Below are positions 1 through 7,950 of a stretch of 13,474 bases of DNA, piece after piece (within the stretch, counting starts at the first letter, position 1; each line of letters starts with the position of its first letter). The position numbers were made by a program, and so were the translations under genes. This DNA comes from Nitrospinales bacterium. Its GTDB lineage: Bacteria > Nitrospinota > Nitrospinia > Nitrospinales > JAJDAT01. The stretch lies in contig JBHHYO010000071.1 in NCBI GenBank assembly GCA_046757665.1, forward strand, positions 1 through 13,474, in the 5' to 3' direction. The notes under the pieces were generated by a model that was given only the letters and a program-made list of their open reading frames with translations, did not search any database and had not been told where the DNA came from.

Positions 1-43
1 AATATATAGTGTATATTTTTATAGCGGGTACAAAATGTTGTAA
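1..43 (+). promoter_or_regulatory. Tandem NrdR boxes upstream of nrdJ (first box cut by the window edge)
   Basis: 1-12 AATATATAGTGT equals the last 12 positions of the NrdR consensus acaCwAtATaTwGtgt. 28-43 gtaCaAaATgTtGtaa keeps all the strongly conserved positions. The inferred start-to-start distance is 31 bp, the canonical tandem spacing, and the boxes lie directly upstream of an RNR gene. Confidence 0.85.
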
Positions 44-82
44 AACAGTTTATTTATCAATCCTCATTTTCGGTCAATCCCC

Positions 83-3000
83 ATGGTTGTCTCCCGCATT
101 TTCACGAAAAACCTCGAAGACCCCTTCCAAGCGTTTGATTTTATTGAGCAAACGTCGAAAATCACCAATGCCGACGGTTCCGTAGTCTCGGAAATCGACA
201 AGGTCATCGTACCGGATTTCTGGAGCCAGGTGGCGGTGGACATCATGGCGCAGAAATATTTCCGCAAGGCGGGGATTCCCCTCCGCCTCAGGAAGAAAAA
301 GGAGAAGAGCGTTCCCGCCTGGTTGTGCCCCTCGGAGCCCGATGAGCGGGCGTTGGAGATGTTGCCGGAGTCCGAACGCTACACCCGCGAAACCGACTCC
401 CGGCAGGTGTTTCGCCGTCTGGCGGGATGCTGGACTTACTGGGGCTGGAAGAACGGCTATTTTGACAACGAAACCGAGGCGAAAAATTATTACGACGAGA
501 TGTGTTACCAGTTGGCGGGGCAACTGGCGGCTCCCAACTCTCCGCAATGGTTCAACACCGGGTTGAACTGGGCGTACGGCATCGAGGGGCCGGCGCAGGG
601 CCATTATTTTTACAACCCGGCCACCTCGCAAGTGGAAAAATCCAAATCCGCGTACGAGCGGCCGCAACCGCACGCCTGCTTTATTCTTTCGGTGGCCGAC
701 GACCTGGTGAACGATCAAGGGATTATGGATCTCTGGCGGCAGGAAGCCCGGCTGTTCAAATACGGTTCCGGTAGCGGCACCAATTTTTCCAACCTTCGCG
801 GCGAGGGCGAACCCCTGTCGGGCGGCGGCAAATCCTCCGGGCTGATGAGTTTCCTCAAGATCGGCGACCGGGCCGCCGGCGCCATCAAGTCCGGCGGCAC
901 CACCCGCCGGGCCGCGAAAATGGTTACCCTCGATATCGACCATCCCGACGTTGAGGCTTTCATCGAATGGAAAGCCCGGGAGGAACGCAAAGTCGCGGTG
1001 CTGGTTGCCGGCAGTAAACTGTGCCGCCGCCATCTCAAGTCCGTTATCAAGACCTGCTGTAACGGCGAAACCGGAGAGATCCGGTTCGACGTCAAACAAA
1101 ACAAGAACCTCAGAAAAGCCATCCGCAAGGCCCTGGAAGCGGGCGTACCGGAAAACTACATCTTCCGCGTCATTCAGCTCGCCAAGCAAGGAGTTGAGGA
1201 TATCGAATTCGAGGAATACGACATCAACTGGAATTCGGAGGCCTATGCCACCGTTTCCGGGCAAAACTCCAACAACTCCGTGCGCCTGACCAACGAGTTC
1301 CTGCAAGCCGTCCGGGCCGGTGGCAACTGGAATTTAATCAACCGCATCGACGGCAAGGTCAACCGCTCCGTGCCGGCGGCGGAATTGTGGGACAAAATCA
1401 ATGAAGCGGCGTGGGCGAGCGCCGACCCGGGACTGCAGTTCGACACCACCATCAACGAGTGGCACACCTGCCCGGAAGGCGGCCGCATCCGCGCCTCCAA
1501 TCCCTGCTCGGAATACATGTTCCTCGACAATACCGCGTGCAACCTGGCGTCGCTGAACCTGATCAAGTTTTACGACTGGGAAAGCGGAGAGTTTGACACG
1601 GCCTCGTTCCGCCACGCCTGCCGCCTGTGGGCGCTGACGCTGGAGATTTCGGTCACCATGGCGCAATTCCCCAGCCAGGACATCGCCTTGAAAAGTTTTC
1701 AATATCGGACCCTGGGGCTGGGATATGCCAACCTGGGGGCTTTGCTGATGGTTTCCGGAATCCCCTACGACTCCGAGGAAGCCCGGGCCATCGCCGGCGC
1801 CCTGACGGCGATTCTCACCGGGGCGTCTTACGCCATGTCCGCGGAAATGGCCCGCGACCTGGGGCCCTTCTCCGAATACCGCAAAAACAAAACCCACATG
1901 ACGCGCGTTCTGCAAAACCACGAAAGAGCCGTCCGTAACTGCCCGGCCGGGGAATATGACGGATTGACCATTTTCCCGCGAGGCATCCAGCCGGAGCACT
2001 GCCCCGCCTACCTCCTGGAGGCCGCCAAAAAAGAATGGGCGGATGTCTTGCAGAAAGGCAAACAGTACGGGTTCCGCAATGCCCAGGTGACCTGCATCGC
2101 GCCGACGGGAACGATCGGCCTGCTGATGGATTGCGACACCACGGGAATCGAGCCCGATTACGCCCTGGTGAAATACAAGAAACTCGCCGGCGGCGGATAT
2201 TTCAAAATCATCAATCAATCCGTTCCCGCGGCCCTCAGGCGGCTGGGATATGCAGAAGATGAAATCAAGGCTATCGTGGATTATTGCGTGGGAACGGGCA
2301 GTCTGGAGAACGCGCCCCATATCAACCACCAGTCCCTGACGGAAAAAGGATTCACCGACGAAATCCTCGACAAGATAGAAGCCGAACTCCCCAAGGTCTT
2401 TGACATCAGCTTCGCTTTCAACAAGTACAGCATGGGCGAGGCGTTCTGCAAAAGCGTTTTGGGAATCCGGGAGGAACAACTGAATGCCTTCGACTTCAAC
2501 ATCCTGGAACATCTGGGCTTCACGCAGGAAGAAATCAAGGAAGCCAATGACGCGATTTGCGGCACCATGACGGTGGAAAACGCGCCGCATCTTAAAGAAG
2601 AGCATTATCCGGTATTCGACTGCGCCGGGAAATGCGGCAAATACGGTCAACGGTTCATCCGCCACGAGGCCCATATTCGCATGATGGCCGCGGCGCAACC
2701 GTTTCTCTCCGGCGCCATTTCCAAAACCATCAACATGACCAACGATTCCAGCATCGAGGACGTCAAGGCGGCCCACGCACTGTCCTGGGAGTTGATGCTG
2801 AAAGGCACCGCCATTTACCGCGACGGGTCAAAACTCAGCCAGCCCTTGAACAGCGTAGCCGGAGAGGTTTTCAGGCTGGTCGAAATGGAAGAAGAGGAAT
2901 CCATCCCCTTGAAACTGGCGGAAACGGTTGTTCGCCGCATGGGCGACCGCGCCCGGTTGCCCTACCGCAGGAAAGGCTATACGCAAAAAGCCATGATCGG

Positions 3001-3673
3001 CGGTCACAAGGTTTACCTGCGCACCGGGGAATACGCGGACGGACGCCTGGGAGAAATTTTCATCGATATGCACAAGGAAGGCGCCGCTTTCCGTAGCCTG
3101 ATGAACTGTTTTGCCATTGCCATCTCCCTGGGCCTGCAACATGGCGTGCCCCTGGAGGAGTTTGTCGACGCTTTCGTTTTCACCCGGTTCGAGCCCAACG
3201 GCATTGTGACCGGCAACAAGAGCATTACCATGTCCACATCCATGATCGACTACATCTTCAGGGAGCTTGCCATCAGTTATCTGGGGCGAAACGATTTGGC
3301 GCAAGTCACCAAAGAGGACCTTCGCGCCGACGCCTTGCAAAAGGAAACGGAGTTGAAGTCCGAGGAAATTATTTCCTCCGAATCCAGCGCGACTATTCCG
3401 GCGATTCCCGGCAACGCGCACGGCAACAACGGTAATGGCAATGGGAACGGCAACGGAAGCGCCGCCCGGCATACCGAGATTGGCGGCAATGGAAACACAT
3501 CCGTTCATTCGGCGGTGCAAACACAGATGCAAGCCGGGGTCATCGCGGCGCAAATCGCAAAACTCAAAGGCTACGAAGGCGACCCTTGCAACGAATGCGG
3601 CCAGCTCACCCTGGTACGCAACGGCACCTGCCTGAAATGCCAATCCTGCGGTGCCACTTCGGGTTGCTCGTAA
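83..3673 (+). CDS. nrdJ: Adenosylcobalamin-dependent (class II) ribonucleotide reductase, 1196 aa
   Basis: Motifs [40 protein letters not shown] (radical Cys475, codon 1505-1507), [15 protein letters not shown] and [10 protein letters not shown]. There is a TSCPD-like domain ([16 protein letters not shown]...FTRFEP), a C-terminal Zn-ribbon CNEC...CQSC and a terminal GCS. No ATP cone or intein is evident. ATG 83, TAA 3671-3673. Confidence 0.97.
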   Translation: MVVSRIFTKNLEDPFQAFDFIEQTSKITNADGSVVSEIDKVIVPDFWSQVAVDIMAQKYFRKAGIPLRLRKKKEKSVPAWLCPSEPDERALEMLPESERYTRETDSRQVFRRLAGCWTYWGWKNGYFDNETEAKNYYDEMCYQLAGQLAAPNSPQWFNTGLNWAYGIEGPAQGHYFYNPATSQVEKSKSAYERPQPHACFILSVADDLVNDQGIMDLWRQEARLFKYGSGSGTNFSNLRGEGEPLSGGGKSSGLMSFLKIGDRAAGAIKSGGTTRRAAKMVTLDIDHPDVEAFIEWKAREERKVAVLVAGSKLCRRHLKSVIKTCCNGETGEIRFDVKQNKNLRKAIRKALEAGVPENYIFRVIQLAKQGVEDIEFEEYDINWNSEAYATVSGQNSNNSVRLTNEFLQAVRAGGNWNLINRIDGKVNRSVPAAELWDKINEAAWASADPGLQFDTTINEWHTCPEGGRIRASNPCSEYMFLDNTACNLASLNLIKFYDWESGEFDTASFRHACRLWALTLEISVTMAQFPSQDIALKSFQYRTLGLGYANLGALLMVSGIPYDSEEARAIAGALTAILTGASYAMSAEMARDLGPFSEYRKNKTHMTRVLQNHERAVRNCPAGEYDGLTIFPRGIQPEHCPAYLLEAAKKEWADVLQKGKQYGFRNAQVTCIAPTGTIGLLMDCDTTGIEPDYALVKYKKLAGGGYFKIINQSVPAALRRLGYAEDEIKAIVDYCVGTGSLENAPHINHQSLTEKGFTDEILDKIEAELPKVFDISFAFNKYSMGEAFCKSVLGIREEQLNAFDFNILEHLGFTQEEIKEANDAICGTMTVENAPHLKEEHYPVFDCAGKCGKYGQRFIRHEAHIRMMAAAQPFLSGAISKTINMTNDSSIEDVKAAHALSWELMLKGTAIYRDGSKLSQPLNSVAGEVFRLVEMEEEESIPLKLAETVVRRMGDRARLPYRRKGYTQKAMIGGHKVYLRTGEYADGRLGEIFIDMHKEGAAFRSLMNCFAIAISLGLQHGVPLEEFVDAFVFTRFEPNGIVTGNKSITMSTSMIDYIFRELAISYLGRNDLAQVTKEDLRADALQKETELKSEEIISSESSATIPAIPGNAHGNNGNGNGNGNGSAARHTEIGGNGNTSVHSAVQTQMQAGVIAAQIAKLKGYEGDPCNECGQLTLVRNGTCLKCQSCGATSGCS
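3410..3496 (+). repeat. Gly-Asn low-complexity linker within NrdJ
   Basis: [17 protein letters not shown]...GGNGN lies between the TSCPD-like domain and the Zn-ribbon. It is an imperfect GGNAAY hexamer repeat in DNA. Confidence 0.75.
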
Positions 3674-3738
3674 GCCGCTCCGCGCCTGTCCGAGCAAGCG
3701 CCGGCGTAGTGGTTCACTGACCGAAAGCTCAACAACCT

Positions 3739-4641
3739 TTAACTGCTCGGCGCCTGGACATCGAGTTTACCGCCGACAGGCTTGACGCAACGGACACCGA
3801 AAGCCGGATTTTTCAATTCCGGATCGACAAAGTTGCGAAAGGTAATGGTGGCGGTTTCAAGGCCGGAACTCCATCCACCACCTTTCACAATACGCCGGTT
3901 CGTTTCCTCTTTTTCGGAAACCTTGCCGGGAGGCCGTTCGACCCATTCCCAAACATTGCCGATCATGTCCAGCGCCCCGTACGGGGAAGCGCCCAAAGGG
4001 AAGGACCCCACCGGCGCCGCCCGGGCATAACCGTCGTCATCTCCGAGAATGTTAGCGCGGTCGGGAAGAAAATCGTTTCCCCACGGCAGGCGGCTGGAAG
4101 CTCCGCCCCCGGCGGCAGTCTCCCATTCCCGCTCGCCGGGCAGGCGTTTCCCCGCCCAAAGACAATAACGGCGGGCATGTTTCCAGTCGATCCCCATTGC
4201 CGGACACGCGGGACATTTCTTGCCGTCCGTGTAAGGTTTTTCGTCATAAGACGGATCAAACCGTTTGTACTGCTCCACCGTTATTTCCAGGCGGTCAATA
4301 TAAAACGCCGGAAGGCCGCGGGCCGGGTGGCTTTCATGGGCAAGCCGGTTCCGGGAATCCGGGTTGCCTCCCGCGCTCACCAGCACCATTTCGCTTTGGT
4401 CTTTGGGATGGATGATGGAAGGCAACAAAATTTTTCCATGCGAGAAAGAAAACCGCGAGGCAGGAGTGGCCCGCTTTTGCCGCAATCCCCGGGAGAGCCC
4501 GCGCGACGGGCCTTTCTCAATATTTTTTTTCTGTAACCCGTGAGACTTGGAACCCGACGCGCGTTTCTTGAGCTTGCCGGTTCCGCCGGCGCAGGCAAAA
4601 ATCATCAGGAAAAGCAGGAAAAACGCAAGAATTCGGATCAA
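3739..4641 (-). CDS. Formylglycine-generating enzyme (FGE-sulfatase/SUMF1) family lipoprotein, 300 aa
   Basis: Family motifs AFYIDRLEIT, YCLWAGKRLPGEREWETAA, PWG, APVGSFPLGASPYGALDMIGNVWEWV, KGGGW and FGVRC. The N-terminal hydrophobic stretch ends in lipobox IFA-C. The TTG start overlaps the TGA of the upstream TPR gene and has AGAGGA upstream. Confidence 0.88.
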   Translation of the reverse strand: MIRILAFFLLFLMIFACAGGTGKLKKRASGSKSHGLQKKNIEKGPSRGLSRGLRQKRATPASRFSFSHGKILLPSIIHPKDQSEMVLVSAGGNPDSRNRLAHESHPARGLPAFYIDRLEITVEQYKRFDPSYDEKPYTDGKKCPACPAMGIDWKHARRYCLWAGKRLPGEREWETAAGGGASSRLPWGNDFLPDRANILGDDDGYARAAPVGSFPLGASPYGALDMIGNVWEWVERPPGKVSEKEETNRRIVKGGGWSSGLETATITFRNFVDPELKNPAFGVRCVKPVGGKLDVQAPSS

Positions 4642-5060
4642 GAGTCCTCTCGTTCGCCGCGATTGACCAAATCGTCCAGCCTTTTCTTCAAAGACCGGTA
4701 TTTTCGATACCTTTTCTCCGCCTGTTCCATATCGCCCATCATCTCATAGCTGTAACCCAGGCTGTAATAAGCATCGACGTAGGTGGGATCAATCCGCAGG
4801 GCGGTGTTGAAAACTTCCACCGCCCGGTCATACATTTTCTTCTGGTTGTAAATGCCGCCCAACCCCACATAAGCTTGCGGATTCTTCTTGTCGGCTTCAA
4901 TGGCCATGAGAAAGGATTCCATGGCCTGGGCATAATTTCCGTCCCTACTGTTTGCAATTCCCTCTTGCACGTAATCGTTGCTGGTTTTTTCGACGCATTG
5001 CGGTAGAATCAAGAGGGTCGCCAGGGAAAGAAACAGCAGAATCCGTTGTGGCGGTCGCAT
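4638..5060 (-). CDS. Tetratricopeptide repeat protein, probably exported or lipid-anchored, 140 aa
   Basis: About three 34-aa TPR units (YVQEGIA..., AYVGLGGIY...ALRIDP, AYYSLGYSY...AEKRY). The N-terminal basic-hydrophobic signal ends in LPQC, a non-canonical lipobox. Confidence 0.88.
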   Translation of the reverse strand: MRPPQRILLFLSLATLLILPQCVEKTSNDYVQEGIANSRDGNYAQAMESFLMAIEADKKNPQAYVGLGGIYNQKKMYDRAVEVFNTALRIDPTYVDAYYSLGYSYEMMGDMEQAEKRYRKYRSLKKRLDDLVNRGEREDS

Positions 5061-5195
5061 TGGACGATTGCTTTCAGAGCAAAGATTGCAAAAACGGCTT
5101 CGCGGCTGACAAAAGCTCGTTTAACCAATTTCCAATATACCATCAAGCCGGGAATTACGCCAGCAGAGCAACCTGAGCGGCCTACGAAATTTCAA

Positions 5196-6497
5196 ATGGA
5201 CCACATCGTTATCTGGAGCGTCCTGGGAACGGCGCTGATTCTGTGCCTCGGCTATTCGATCCTCAAGAGTTTCCACCTGCTCAAACTCCAATGGTGGAAC
5301 CTTTCCCGCCTGAGCGACCTGAAAAAACGACATGAAGAATCCGCCATCGACCCCGCGGACAAAAAGGCGGTGGGACGGATCATCGACTGTTGCGAATCCT
5401 TGCGAGCCAAATGGATTTTAAGCGAATCCGATCTGCGGCTTTTGGAAAACACGCACCAGTTGGCAATGGACATTGCCGGCGCGTATCACCCCAGCGCGCC
5501 GGCGCCTCTCGCCGAAGCCCGAATCGGCCCGCTGTTGCGCGCATTTCTCGACCTGAAAAACCGCATAACCGGGGCGGCAGAGGCCAAGAGCCTTCAGGCT
5601 TTTACCCAGTTCCGCCTGCGGCACATCCTGTTTCTTGCCCAAGCGTGGGAAAAAAAGAAAGAATGGGAGTCTTCCGCCCCAGGAACTTTTCTAAAAAAAT
5701 ACCGGATTTATGTTCTCGTCCGATGGGCGTATTTTCTGGTTCGCTGGATGGACATCAGTTTTTGGTCCATGAAGATGCTGACTTATCTTCTTTACAATGT
5801 CGTCTTCAAGATTTTTTTGGTCCGCTGGTACTTGATGGTGGGCGAGTTGTCCATAACGGTTTACCGCGAGCGCGGCAAGGGAACGGATATCCAACAGGAA
5901 ATAATCTTTGAAGATTTTGAAGCCATGCCGGACCTCGAGGAAATCAAAATCCCCGATTTGCCGCAGGGAGTCCGAAACATTGTTGATGTTTCCCGGAAAC
6001 AGATTTTATTCAATCCCTGGGCTCTGGAATGGCAAAAGACCCGGGAAATCTACCGCCGGATGGTCGAGGATATCGCCCATTTCCACCACCCCAACGCCGA
6101 TCGGCCAATCTATGAAGCAAAACTTTCCAGTCTGATGGCCGCTTCGGCGCGGTTTGCCGGGAAAGTTTTTTCTTTGCAAAACCTTCCCTTGATCAACAAG
6201 GCGCTGGACCTCAAGGTATCGCATATTCTGTGGGTCAAGGATACCGCGGATATTTTCAAGGACAGCCAATTGGCGGCCTGGCTGAAAAAATATAAACTCC
6301 AGCAGGTGATCAAATATTCATCCCTGATTTTCAAAGCGGTCAAGAAAAGGCATCCCGGATTAATTTTCAAAGATTTTGCTTTTTCCCTGGTCAAGGAAGG
6401 CGGCAAGAGATGGGTCTATCTGTATCTTCACGAAAAAATCGCCGGCGAGGCGAACGCCACTTACCGTGAGGAATCCCGATTTTCTCCAATCACCTGA
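5196..6497 (+). CDS. Hypothetical membrane-anchored protein with an internal 200-aa duplication, 433 aa
   Basis: Long ORF filling the gap. ATG 5196 is preferred to TTG 5046, which overlaps the divergent TPR gene, and it places a TM segment (IVIWSVLGTALILCLGYSIL) at the N-terminus. The internal protein repeat supports coding status. Confidence 0.8.
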   Translation: MDHIVIWSVLGTALILCLGYSILKSFHLLKLQWWNLSRLSDLKKRHEESAIDPADKKAVGRIIDCCESLRAKWILSESDLRLLENTHQLAMDIAGAYHPSAPAPLAEARIGPLLRAFLDLKNRITGAAEAKSLQAFTQFRLRHILFLAQAWEKKKEWESSAPGTFLKKYRIYVLVRWAYFLVRWMDISFWSMKMLTYLLYNVVFKIFLVRWYLMVGELSITVYRERGKGTDIQQEIIFEDFEAMPDLEEIKIPDLPQGVRNIVDVSRKQILFNPWALEWQKTREIYRRMVEDIAHFHHPNADRPIYEAKLSSLMAASARFAGKVFSLQNLPLINKALDLKVSHILWVKDTADIFKDSQLAAWLKKYKLQQVIKYSSLIFKAVKKRHPGLIFKDFAFSLVKEGGKRWVYLYLHEKIAGEANATYREESRFSPIT

Positions 6498-6903
6498 GCC
6501 TGCCCTTGGGGTCGGCGCCTTCAAGGAATCCGTTTAAGTGAGCGACTTTTTCCGGTTCCCCGTAATGGTAAATTCGCACCACTTTTTTGATGAGTTCCTT
6601 TAGCCTTTGGTCTTGACCACTGGATGAATCATCTTGATACGCTATGGATTGATCATTGGATGCGGACTTTCCCCTCAGCATCGTCCCTACACCCGTCAGC
6701 AACCAAATGATATCGATGTCGGTATGAAAATATAACTTTGAAAGCGTATCGGCAGAGGGCAGGGATTTGTCATTTTCCAATTCAGACAAAGAGCTTGCCG
6801 CCACATTGATTTTTTCCGACAAATCCATCAGTTTCATTCGCGATGATTTTCTCCAGGTTCGTAACCGTTGCCCTGCCGTAAAATGTCCTTCTTTAGTAAT
6901 CAT
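6490..6903 (-). CDS. XRE/Cro-CI family helix-turn-helix transcriptional regulator, 137 aa
   Basis: GQRLRTWRKSSRMKLMDLSEKINVAASSLSELENDKSLPSADTLSKL...DIIWLLTG is a typical HTH_3 domain with the WLLTG cap. GGAGAGGTG lies upstream. There is no S24 peptidase domain. Its 3' end overlaps the convergent gene by 8 nt. Confidence 0.9.
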   Translation of the reverse strand: MITKEGHFTAGQRLRTWRKSSRMKLMDLSEKINVAASSLSELENDKSLPSADTLSKLYFHTDIDIIWLLTGVGTMLRGKSASNDQSIAYQDDSSSGQDQRLKELIKKVVRIYHYGEPEKVAHLNGFLEGADPKGRLR

Positions 6904-6991
6904 TTGACCTGCACCTCTCCAAACATTCTGTTAATAGTAATTGTATCAGGGAACCATCATTTAAATCCCTCTCTTTAAGAATAAAAGCGCT

Positions 6992-7022
6992 TTGTCACAA
7001 AATGGTTAAGAGATTGTCACAA
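6992..7022. promoter_or_regulatory. Pho-box-like 11-bp-phased direct repeats (candidate OmpR/PhoB-family binding site)
   Basis: TTGTCACAA occurs at 6992-7000 and 7014-7022 (22 bp apart), with degenerate TGGTTAAGA in phase at 7003-7011. TGTCAC matches the pho-box half-site. The site is upstream of the XRE gene and next to a PhoB-like gene. Confidence 0.5.
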
Positions 7023-7122
7023 TTGCGTGAACTTATTCCGGTTTGGCGAAAAATGCGAGGAATGGAAAATTAAAGAGAATCAGCCGGAGGGAAGAAACAC
7101 TGATGGCTGGAAAGCAAACCTC

Positions 7123-7806
7123 TTAATAAAAACGATACCCAACGCCGCGCACCGTTTGAATATGACTGCCGGCTTCTTTTAACTTGGTGCGTAGTCTTTG
7201 AATATGCGTATCCACGGTTCGAGAATACACTTTGTCATTATAATCCCAAATTTGTTCCAGCAGGAAATCCCGCGATTTCACCTGGCCGGGCTTTTTCATC
7301 AACCCGGCCAAAAGCCTTAATTCCGTAGGCGTCAATTGAACCGCGCGGCCTTTCACCTTGACCTCGTGGGAATCCAGGTCCACGGACAAAGTTCCAAAAT
7401 GAAACCGGTTGTTGTTTTCCGGTTTTTGATAAACTCTCCTTAAAATATTTTTCACCCGTAAAACCAGTTCACGAGTATTAAACGGTTTGGTGATGTAATC
7501 GTCCGCACCGAATTCCAAACCCAGAATCCGGTCCACCGCCTCGCTTTTTACGGTCAACATAATGATGGGAATATTTCTGGTTTTTTCATTTGATTTTAGA
7601 GCCTTGCAGGCATCCAGGCCATTCATTCTAGGCATGTTGACGTCCAGGATAATGAGAGCGGGGTGTTTAGCTTTTGCTAAATCAACCGCCACTTCTCCAT
7701 CCGCGGCTTTCAGAATCCGGAACCCCTCGGCACAGAGTTTGAAATCCAGCAAATTCAACAGGTCCGGATCGTCATCTACAATAAGTATCTTTTGTTTGCA
7801 AGTCAT
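7123..7806 (-). CDS. OmpR/PhoB-family DNA-binding response regulator (227 aa; alternative start 7845 gives 240 aa)
   Basis: Receiver motifs ILIVDDD, LIILDVNMP (phosphoacceptor Asp), PIIMLT and GADDYITKPF. Winged-helix motifs LTPTELRLL, SRTVDTHIQRLRTKL and TVRGVGYRF. The start codon is ambiguous. Confidence 0.93.
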   Translation of the reverse strand: MTCKQKILIVDDDPDLLNLLDFKLCAEGFRILKAADGEVAVDLAKAKHPALIILDVNMPRMNGLDACKALKSNEKTRNIPIIMLTVKSEAVDRILGLEFGADDYITKPFNTRELVLRVKNILRRVYQKPENNNRFHFGTLSVDLDSHEVKVKGRAVQLTPTELRLLAGLMKKPGQVKSRDFLLEQIWDYNDKVYSRTVDTHIQRLRTKLKEAGSHIQTVRGVGYRFY

Positions 7807-7851
7807 GGTGTTAGAAGATTTTTTTTCACAGGCTGAATAACTCATTTACTT

Positions 7852-7881
7852 ATTGTAACGAAAATGAAACCTATTGATCAA
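7852..7881 (-). promoter_or_regulatory. Putative sigma70 promoter of the response regulator with an overlapping 11-bp direct repeat
   Basis: Minus strand TTGATC-N18-TACAAT. The plus-strand hexamers TGTAAC (7854-7859) and TGAAAC (7865-7870) are 11 bp apart. Confidence 0.4.
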
Positions 7882-7916
7882 GCCAGGAAATTTTTGTGGA
7901 AATCGGAACCCGGCGC

Positions 7917-7947
7917 AAAACCATGCGGAAAATAAATCCGGTTATGG
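7917..7947 (-). terminator. Possible weak intrinsic terminator after ampG
   Basis: Minus strand CCAT-aac-CGGA-tttattt-TCCG-c-ATGG followed by TTTT, just after the ampG stop. The stem is interrupted. Confidence 0.25.
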
Positions 7948-7950
7948 AAT

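Noticed and set aside
83-3673. Possible intein or intron in the long RNR gene
   Set aside because: There are no C/S...HN-C/S/T splice junctions or LAGLIDADG motifs at NPCSE or the other usual sites. The length fits a fused single-chain NrdJ.
74-3697. Long antisense ORFs (74-1306, 1334-2776, 2828-3697) opposite nrdJ
   Set aside because: They are shadow ORFs in the codon-mirrored frame of a GC-rich gene with no recognisable motifs. The same applies to those opposite the MotB-like and cyclase genes.
3674-3738. Terminator between convergent nrdJ and the FGE gene
   Set aside because: Only short GC palindromes (CGCCGGCG) are present, with no convincing stem plus U-tract.
5046-5195. 50-aa N-terminal extension of the hypothetical ORF
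   Set aside because: It starts at TTG inside the divergent TPR gene and would leave no promoter space. ATG 5196 fits better.
6490-6903. Prophage immunity region suggested by the CI-like HTH
   Set aside because: There is no S24 domain, divergent cro, integrase or phage gene nearby.
6984-7041. CRP site built on TCACA/CGTGA half-sites
   Set aside because: No matching partner half-site at N6 spacing. The direct-repeat reading fits better.
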